A DNA stretch of 64,000 bases from an uncultured Acidobacteriota bacterium (GTDB lineage Bacteria; Acidobacteriota; JAQAZP01): NCBI GenBank assembly GCA_963836075.1, contig CAWIIB010000001.1:2144001-2208000 (forward strand), in the 5' to 3' direction. The notes beneath the pieces are model-generated. The model saw only the letters and a program-made list of their open reading frames with translations. It ran no database searches and was not told the origin of the DNA. Shown here piece after piece: positions 57,984-64,000 of the stretch. The translations under genes and the position numbers were made by a program. Each line of letters opens with the position of its first letter. The stretch's first letter is position 1.

Positions 57984-59174
57984 ATGTTGAAGAAGCTGAG
58001 CGTCGACCAGCTGCAGGTTGACGGTAAGAAGGTTTTTCTCCGGGTCGACTTCAACGTCCCCCTGAACGAGCAGCAGCAGGTGACCGACGATACCCGGCTG
58101 AGCGCGGCACTGCCCTCCATCCGCTGCCTGCTGGACGGCGGCGCCCGCCTGGCCCTGGCCTCGCACCTCGGACGGCCCAAGGGCCGGGCGGTACCCGAAC
58201 TGAGTCTCCAGCCGGTGGCGGCCCGCCTGTCCCAGCTGCTGGGCCGGGAAGTGACTTTCGTGCCCGACTGTGTGGGCGACGTGGTGACCGGGGCCATGGA
58301 CGCCCTGGCCCCGGGGTCGGTGGTGCTGCTGGAGAACCTTCGCTACCACGAGGGGGAGACGCAGAACGATCCCCAGTTCGCCGCCGCCCTGGCCCGGGGA
58401 TTCGACGAGTATGCCAACGACGCCTTCGGCACCGCGCACCGGGCCCACGCGTCCAACGTGGGCATCACCGCCCACTTCCCCCGGGCGGCCTGCGGCTTTT
58501 TGATGAAGAAAGAGATCGACTACCTGGGCAACGCGGTGAGCAACCCCAAAAGGCCCTTCGTGGCGCTGCTGGGCGGGGCCAAGGTCTCGGACAAGATCCC
58601 GGTGGTGGAAAACCTGATGTCAAAGCTCGACACGTTGCTCATCGGCGGCGGCATGGCCTACACCTTCCTCAGGGCCCAGGGCCACGAGATCGGCCTCTCG
58701 CTGCTGGACACCGAGCACGTGGACCTCTCGCGCAGCCTGCTCCAGCGGGCCAAGGAAGCGGGGGTCAAGGTCTTCCTGCCGGTGGACCACGTGGGAGCGG
58801 AAAGCCTGCAGGCAGCCTCCGGGGCCACCACGGTGTACAGCGTGGACATCCCCGAAGACCTGGTGGGCCTCGACATCGGCCCGGCCACGGTGAAGCAGTT
58901 CTCCGACCAGCTGGCCGGGGCGGGCACCATCGTCTGGAACGGGCCCATGGGGGTCTTCGAGAAGGAGGCCTTCGCCGAGGGGACCCTGGCCGTGGCCCGG
59001 GCGGTGGCCGCTTCGGACGCCGTCTCCATCGTCGGCGGGGGCGATTCGGTGGCCGCGGTGGCCAAGGCCGGCGTGACCGACCGGATCACCCACATCTCCA
59101 CCGGCGGCGGGGCGTCGCTGGAGTATCTCGCGGGCAAGGTTCTACCCGGCGTTGACGCGTTGACCGACGCCTGA
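57984..59174 (+). CDS. pgk: Phosphoglycerate kinase
   Basis: 'RVDFNVP', 'SHLGRP', 'GGAKVSDK', 'WNGPMGVFE', 'STGGGASLE'. Confidence 0.98.
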   Translation: MLKKLSVDQLQVDGKKVFLRVDFNVPLNEQQQVTDDTRLSAALPSIRCLLDGGARLALASHLGRPKGRAVPELSLQPVAARLSQLLGREVTFVPDCVGDVVTGAMDALAPGSVVLLENLRYHEGETQNDPQFAAALARGFDEYANDAFGTAHRAHASNVGITAHFPRAACGFLMKKEIDYLGNAVSNPKRPFVALLGGAKVSDKIPVVENLMSKLDTLLIGGGMAYTFLRAQGHEIGLSLLDTEHVDLSRSLLQRAKEAGVKVFLPVDHVGAESLQAASGATTVYSVDIPEDLVGLDIGPATVKQFSDQLAGAGTIVWNGPMGVFEKEAFAEGTLAVARAVAASDAVSIVGGGDSVAAVAKAGVTDRITHISTGGGASLEYLAGKVLPGVDALTDA

Positions 59175-59237
59175 ACAGCACTATCCCCGCCCGGACGCCA
59201 ACGGCGATCCGGCGGGGCGGAGAGGGAGTAATCGAGA

Positions 59238-59990
59238 GTGCGCAACCCGATCATCGCCGCCAACTGGAAAATGTTCAAAACCGTCGGGGAGACCCTGGCC
59301 TACATCGACGCGTTCCTGCCGCTGGTCAAGGATACCGGCGGGACCGAAGTTGTGCTGGCGCCGCCATTCACCGCACTGCAGGCCGCGGCCGCCGCCCTCA
59401 CCGGAAGCCGGGTGATGCTGGCCGGCCAGAACCTGCACTGGGAAGCCGATGGCGCTTACACCGGCGAGATCTCGGCGGCGATGCTGGCCGATGCCGGCTG
59501 CAGCTACGTGATCATCGGCCACTCCGAGCGGCGCCAGTTCTTCGGGGAGACCGACGAGACGGTGAACCTGAAGATCAAGGCCGCCATCGGGGCCGGTTTG
59601 AAGCCCATCGTCTGTGTCGGGGAAAGCCTCGAGGACCGGGAAGCGGGACAGACGCTGAACGTGATCCGGCGCCAGGTCAACGGCGCCCTGATTGGCTTGA
59701 AAAAGGACAACCTTGATGGTATGGTGCTCGCTTACGAGCCGATCTGGGCCATAGGGACTGGTTTGACCGCCACGCCTGAACAGGCGGGTGAAGTCCACGG
59801 CTGGATTCGTGAAATGCTCGCCTCGTTCAGCCAGAACGGGCTGGGCCAGGCGATTCGGATTCAGTACGGGGGCAGCGTCAAGCCGGATAACATCAACGAT
59901 CTGATGGCACAGCCTGACATCGACGGCGCTCTGGTCGGTGGGGCCAGCCTGAAGCCCGACTCCTTTTCCAAAATCGTCAATTTCCGCTGA
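59238..59990 (+). CDS. tpiA: Triosephosphate isomerase
   Basis: 'ANWKM', 'GHSERR', 'AYEPIWAIGTG', 'YGGSV', 'LVGGASL'. Confidence 0.98.
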   Translation: MRNPIIAANWKMFKTVGETLAYIDAFLPLVKDTGGTEVVLAPPFTALQAAAAALTGSRVMLAGQNLHWEADGAYTGEISAAMLADAGCSYVIIGHSERRQFFGETDETVNLKIKAAIGAGLKPIVCVGESLEDREAGQTLNVIRRQVNGALIGLKKDNLDGMVLAYEPIWAIGTGLTATPEQAGEVHGWIREMLASFSQNGLGQAIRIQYGGSVKPDNINDLMAQPDIDGALVGGASLKPDSFSKIVNFR

Positions 59991-60035
59991 GCCGGAAACG
60001 GGAAAGGGAGCAGGGATTTTTACTTTTACAGGACC

Positions 60036-60476
60036 ATGCTAGCAATCCTCTTGACATTGTTGCACGTTGCCGTGTGTATGTTTCTGATCCTGGTGGTGCT
60101 GCTGCAGACCGGCAAGAGTGCTGATCTGGCAGGGGCCTTCGGCGGCGGCGGCAGCCAGACCGCCCTGGGCAGCCGGGGTGCGGCCACGCTGCTGACCAAG
60201 CTGACCACCACCGCCGCCGTCCTGTTCATGATCACCTCGCTCAGCCTGGCCATCGTGGCCACGCGCAAAGCGCCGTCGATCATGGATTCGGTGGAGCAGA
60301 CCGAGCCGGCCATCCCGGCCGACCAGGCCGTGCTCCCGCCCGCGGCTCCCGAAACCACCGAGACCTCACCGGCGGTGACGGGCGAGACCGAGGGGCAGGA
60401 CGCCGCGGCGCTCCCAACCGCCGGCGAGACCGCTGGCGGCGAAGAAGCGGCCGCCGGAGCGGGCGAGACAGAGTAA
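60036..60476 (+). CDS. secG: Preprotein translocase subunit SecG
   Basis: 'VLLQTGKSADLAGAFGGGGSQTALG...LTKLT'; tpiA-secG-tRNA-Leu synteny. Confidence 0.93.
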   Translation: MLAILLTLLHVAVCMFLILVVLLQTGKSADLAGAFGGGGSQTALGSRGAATLLTKLTTTAAVLFMITSLSLAIVATRKAPSIMDSVEQTEPAIPADQAVLPPAAPETTETSPAVTGETEGQDAAALPTAGETAGGEEAAAGAGETE

Positions 60477-60506
60477 CAGCGCTGACGTGCAGAAAACATC
60501 CCGCGT

Positions 60507-60594
60507 GCCGAAGTGGTGGAACCTGGTAGACACGCTGTCTTGAGGGGGCAGTGCTCGAAAGGGCGTGGGGGTTCGAGTCCCCCCTTCGGCACCA
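60507..60594 (+). tRNA. tRNA-Leu(GAG)
   Basis: GCCGAAGTGGTGGAACCTGGTAGACACGCTGTCTTGAGGGGGCAG...GGTTCGAGTCCCCCCTTCGGCACCA, with long variable arm. Confidence 0.95.
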
Positions 60595-60609
60595 TTCTTT
60601 GATCGAGAT

Positions 60610-60635
60610 AACCCCAACACCACGTTGGGGTTTTT
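60610..60635 (+). terminator. Intrinsic terminator after tRNA-Leu
   Basis: AACCCCAAC-accac-GTTGGGGTT followed by a T-run. Confidence 0.75.
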
Positions 60636-60757
60636 CATTTCCACCCTCCCTCATCATCACTGCGGCAGGCATGGTTGACCGCCTGGCGTGGGCAAAGATG
60701 GCAGTACAAAGCAACACCGGCCCCGGAAGTTCCCAAAGCCGGTGCGGTGGCCGGCGA

Positions 60758-62230
60758 TCAGGGTGCGATCCCCGTCACCGTGCTGAAGTCGACGTCTGCA
60801 CCACCCGAAGGTTGGTAGGGTGGCTGGTTGAACGGCGGAGGGGTTACGTCCTCGGCCACAATCGTGAACACGTTGTCACCGATCATGATAAACAGCGCCG
60901 GGATCGTTGTTCTCCAGCTGCTCTGGAAGCTGCTGGCCGCGGGCACATCGGTGTATCCGGCCCGCCAGTTGGGGAACGATCCACCACGGGCCAACGCAAC
61001 GTCCACGTGCATGGCAAACCGGCGGGTTTGTTCCGTGTAGTTGTTGGTCACCGTTGCTGTCATCTGTGTCGTGAACGGCACGGTGCCCGATGACGGCATG
61101 CAGGTCAGGTCTGCCGAGACCGTTACCACCGCATTTATAAGCACCGTAACATTGTCGCTGCCATGATTGACCACGGCCAGGTCCTGGTGGTTGTCACCAT
61201 CCAGGTCGCCGCTGACCACCTTGACAGGTTCGGCCCCGACCCCGACATTCACCGCTGCCTGAAAGGTGCCGTCACCGTTGCCCCGCAGAATCGCGAGATT
61301 TTCGTTCCAATAGTTGGTCACCGCCAGGTCCGGGCTGTCGTCGCCGAACAGGTCGCAGATGACCACCGAATGAGAGTAGTCTCCGGACCCGTAACTGACG
61401 GCGGTCTCGAAGGTGCCGTCGCCATTGCCCAGCAGCACCGAGACATCGTCACTGCTCTCATTCGTCACAGCAAGATCGGGAGTGCTGTCTCCGTCCAGGT
61501 CGCCGATGGCCACTGAACGAGTACCGACCCCGGTCCCGTAGTGAACGGCGGCCTCGAAGGTGCCGTCGCCATTGCCCAGAAGCACCATGACTCCGTAGAG
61601 ATCAGAACTATAATTCGCAACGACGATGTCCGGATTGCTGTCCCCATTCAGATCGCCGATGACGATCGAAAGAGGAGAATCACCGGCCGCGTAACTGACG
61701 GCGGTCTCGAAGGTGCCGTCACCATGCCCCAGAAGCACCGACACGTCGTCGCTATAAAAATTCGCCACGGCCATGTCCGAATTGCCGTCGCCATCCAGGT
61801 CGCCTATGGCAGTCGAAAACGGTCCATCGCCGGTCCCAATATTCACCGCGGCCTGGAAGGTGCCGTCACCATTGCCCGGCAGCATCGAAACGTAGTCCTG
61901 AGCGTAATTTGTCGAGAGCAGGTCCGGAGTGCCGTCACCCGTCAGGTCCCCAATTGAGACCCCATTTGGTGAATATCCGGCCTCATAAGTCACATCGGTC
62001 TGGAATGTTCCGTCACCATTGCCCAGCAGCACTGAGATGTTGGCGTCATACCAATTCGCCACGGCCAGGTCCAGCTGGCCATCGCCATTCAGGTCGCCGA
62101 TGGCTCCCGAAATGGGGTAGTCACCGACCGCGTATTCCACGCCGGGATCAAATAACTGCGCTTCAACCGTCGTCATGGAAAGAAAGCAAAAGACCAGCAC
62201 CACGAAGATAATACAGCTTGCAACTCTCAT
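60758..62230 (-). CDS. Secreted FG-GAP/VCBS repeat protein with conserved C-terminal domain
   Basis: Signal peptide; seven 'GDLxGDGxxDLAVxN...VSVLLGNGDGTF' repeats; CTD with 'WRAG...EDVTP.P.NQPP'. Start may be GTG 62245. Confidence 0.88.
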   Translation of the reverse strand: MRVASCIIFVVLVFCFLSMTTVEAQLFDPGVEYAVGDYPISGAIGDLNGDGQLDLAVANWYDANISVLLGNGDGTFQTDVTYEAGYSPNGVSIGDLTGDGTPDLLSTNYAQDYVSMLPGNGDGTFQAAVNIGTGDGPFSTAIGDLDGDGNSDMAVANFYSDDVSVLLGHGDGTFETAVSYAAGDSPLSIVIGDLNGDSNPDIVVANYSSDLYGVMVLLGNGDGTFEAAVHYGTGVGTRSVAIGDLDGDSTPDLAVTNESSDDVSVLLGNGDGTFETAVSYGSGDYSHSVVICDLFGDDSPDLAVTNYWNENLAILRGNGDGTFQAAVNVGVGAEPVKVVSGDLDGDNHQDLAVVNHGSDNVTVLINAVVTVSADLTCMPSSGTVPFTTQMTATVTNNYTEQTRRFAMHVDVALARGGSFPNWRAGYTDVPAASSFQSSWRTTIPALFIMIGDNVFTIVAEDVTPPPFNQPPYQPSGGADVDFSTVTGIAP

Positions 62231-62545
62231 TTTACTTTTCTCCACAATGGGGAACGGGGATAAGTGCGAACGGCCTCGGGCTGGGACAGCCTCTGGTGGT
62301 CAGCAATGAATGCCAACTATTACTGACAACAATATAGTTCCTTTTTCACATAGCGGCAAGTCGTTTCCATCGCCATCCTCTCTCTGCGGCCAGTAATTAG
62401 GCGCGGCCGATCGGTATCCTCCCGCCGCCCACCACGTACATCCTTGCCGCCGGAAGATGGCCGATGTTACCCTGCCGAATGTCCTGCGGATGATCAAGCC
62501 GCACCCGGCCATTTTTCTGTCTGGCCTGTAGAGGAGAGCTCTCCC

Positions 62546-63494
62546 GTGTCCGATGCCGCCGTTCTTGACGCGTTCAGCTGCTGGGGGCTCGAGGCGGGAC
62601 CACTCCGCCCCGACATCCTCATCGAGGGCAGTCCCGAGCGGTGCGATTACCGCACGGTGCTGGAGGACCGGTCCGGGTCCCCCTGGGTCATCGAGCGGAT
62701 CTTCCCCCACACCCGGAAGGCCAAACTCCGCATCGCCGGCACCCTCGAATACCTCGACAAACAGGGGATGCCGGGAATCCTCGCCTACCGGCGCACCGGA
62801 CAGGGGGAGTTCCTCGCCGAATCGGGGCGGCCAGTGGCTGCTCCGGCCATACCTGGCCGGCAGTGACCTGCCCCGGCCGTCCTTTATCCGCCACGGCTGG
62901 CGCGGCGAGGCCCTGGCCCGGTTCCTGATCACCCTGCGGGAGAAGTCGGCCCGGCTCCCCTTCTTCCAGGACCAGCAGGTCTTTGCCCTGGAGCCGTATA
63001 TCCGGCAGCTGCTGGAGGTAGTCTGGGACCGCAAGCCGGCGGTGGCCGCCGAAGTGCAGCCGGTCCTGGCTCACCTGGAGCGCTCTTTCTTCCCCCTCTG
63101 CCCCACCCTGCCCGCGGCCTTCTGCCACGGCGACTACCACCCGGTGAACGTGATCTGGGCCCCTGACCGGATCGCCGCGGTGATCGACTGGGAATTCACC
63201 GGCCCCAAGACCGAGCTGTATGACGTGGCCAACCTCCTCGGCTGCGCCGGTTTCGAGAACCCGGCCGGCCTGCGGGGCGAGATGGCCCGGGCGCTGATCA
63301 GCGACCTGCGGGCGGCGAGCTTCGCCGCGGAGGAGAGCTGGCAGAGCCTCACCGACCTGATCCTGGCCCTGCGCTTCGGCTGGCTCTCCGAATGGCTGCG
63401 CAAGCAGGACCACGAGATGCTGGAGCTGGAGCTGGTCTACATGGGACTGATTCTGCAGCACCGGGACTCGCTCAATGCTTTCTTTCTCGGCTGA
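62546..63494 (+). CDS. Aminoglycoside phosphotransferase/homoserine-kinase-II-like protein, split by a +1 frameshift at ~62825
   Basis: GAGGAG RBS and GTG 62546; frame switch in a GGGG run ('FLAES|GGQWLLRPYL'); 'CHGDYHPVNV', 'IDWEF'. Confidence 0.72.
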
Positions 63495-63506
63495 GCTCCG
63501 GCGGTC

Positions 63507-63535
63507 TTGAAAACCGGACTCCCCTCTCCTATACT
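63507..63535 (+). promoter_or_regulatory. sigma70 promoter
   Basis: TTGAAA-17 nt-TATACT. Confidence 0.65.
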
Positions 63536-63627
63536 TCTTCTTCCGGCAGCGCTGCCGGTCACGCGAGAGGAATCCATACAACTCCGGCCCGTCCGGAGCG
63601 GTTCGTTATCTTTCCCAGGAGGATGTC

Positions 63628-64000
63628 ATGTCACAGGATTGGACGGTACGGAAAGCCACCGAGTTCGCGGTGAAGACCGAAGAGCTGGGCGCGTTGTTTT
63701 ACAAGAAGATGGCCAAGAAATTCAAGGACAACGCCGAGATGAAAGAGATCTTCGACCTGCTGGCCCGGGACGAGGAACTTCACGAACAGCAGTTCCGCAA
63801 ACTGCTGGACCGCACCGAGCCGGACAGTGAGGTATCGGGCTCGGAAGAGCAGATGGCCGTCCTGCGGGTGATGTCCATGTCCCAGTTCTTCATGGGCGAC
63901 GACGGGCTCTACGGCAAGCCGGAGGAGCTGACCGATGTGAAGAGCGCGCTGATCCGGGCCTTCGAGCTGGAGAAAGCCACCCTGCAGTACTACCAGGCGA
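63628..64000 (+). CDS. 3'-partial ferritin-like/rubrerythrin family protein
   Basis: AGGAGG RBS; MSQDWTVRKATEFAVKTEELGALFY...LARDEELH...AFELEKATLQYY (ExxH di-iron motifs); runs off the window end. Confidence 0.82.
   Translation, partial: MSQDWTVRKATEFAVKTEELGALFYKKMAKKFKDNAEMKEIFDLLARDEELHEQQFRKLLDRTEPDSEVSGSEEQMAVLRVMSMSQFFMGDDGLYGKPEELTDVKSALIRAFELEKATLQYYQA

Noticed and set aside
60595-62440. Possible genomic island at tRNA-Leu
   Set aside because: No integrase and no duplicated tRNA 3' end seen; the downstream gene carries the CTD shared with another chromosomal gene, suggesting it is native

Overview
High-GC bacterial chromosome segment, most likely from an uncultured Acidobacteriota-like organism. 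This is inferred from gene content and style: a stand-alone F0 atp cluster, Acidobacteria-type pseudopilins and a secretin-cohesin fusion. In order it contains: the 3' end of a secreted protein with an FG-GAP tail; a hipBA-type toxin-antitoxin pair; a complete minus-strand rRNA operon (16S, tRNA-Ile, tRNA-Ala, 23S, 5S); a broken GspE/PilB fragment; two large exported proteins; a dut-MBL-purSQLFMN-tyrS operon; a ~14 kb hybrid type II secretion/type IV pilus cluster headed by an ECF sigma/anti-sigma pair; lon and nrdR; a second ECF sigma locus; mpl; a lamin-tail metalloprotease; atpZIBE; yfhO/SLT; gap-pgk-tpiA-secG-tRNA-Leu; an FG-GAP protein; a frameshifted phosphotransferase; and a partial ferritin-like gene. 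The most interesting signal is a possible protein export/display system. The secretin ends in a cohesin-like domain, one exported protein ends in a dockerin-like domain, and two (probably three) otherwise unrelated signal-peptide proteins share a conserved ~120-aa C-terminal domain I do not recognise, a candidate sorting or anchoring tag. All family assignments come from recognising motifs by eye; no searches were run.
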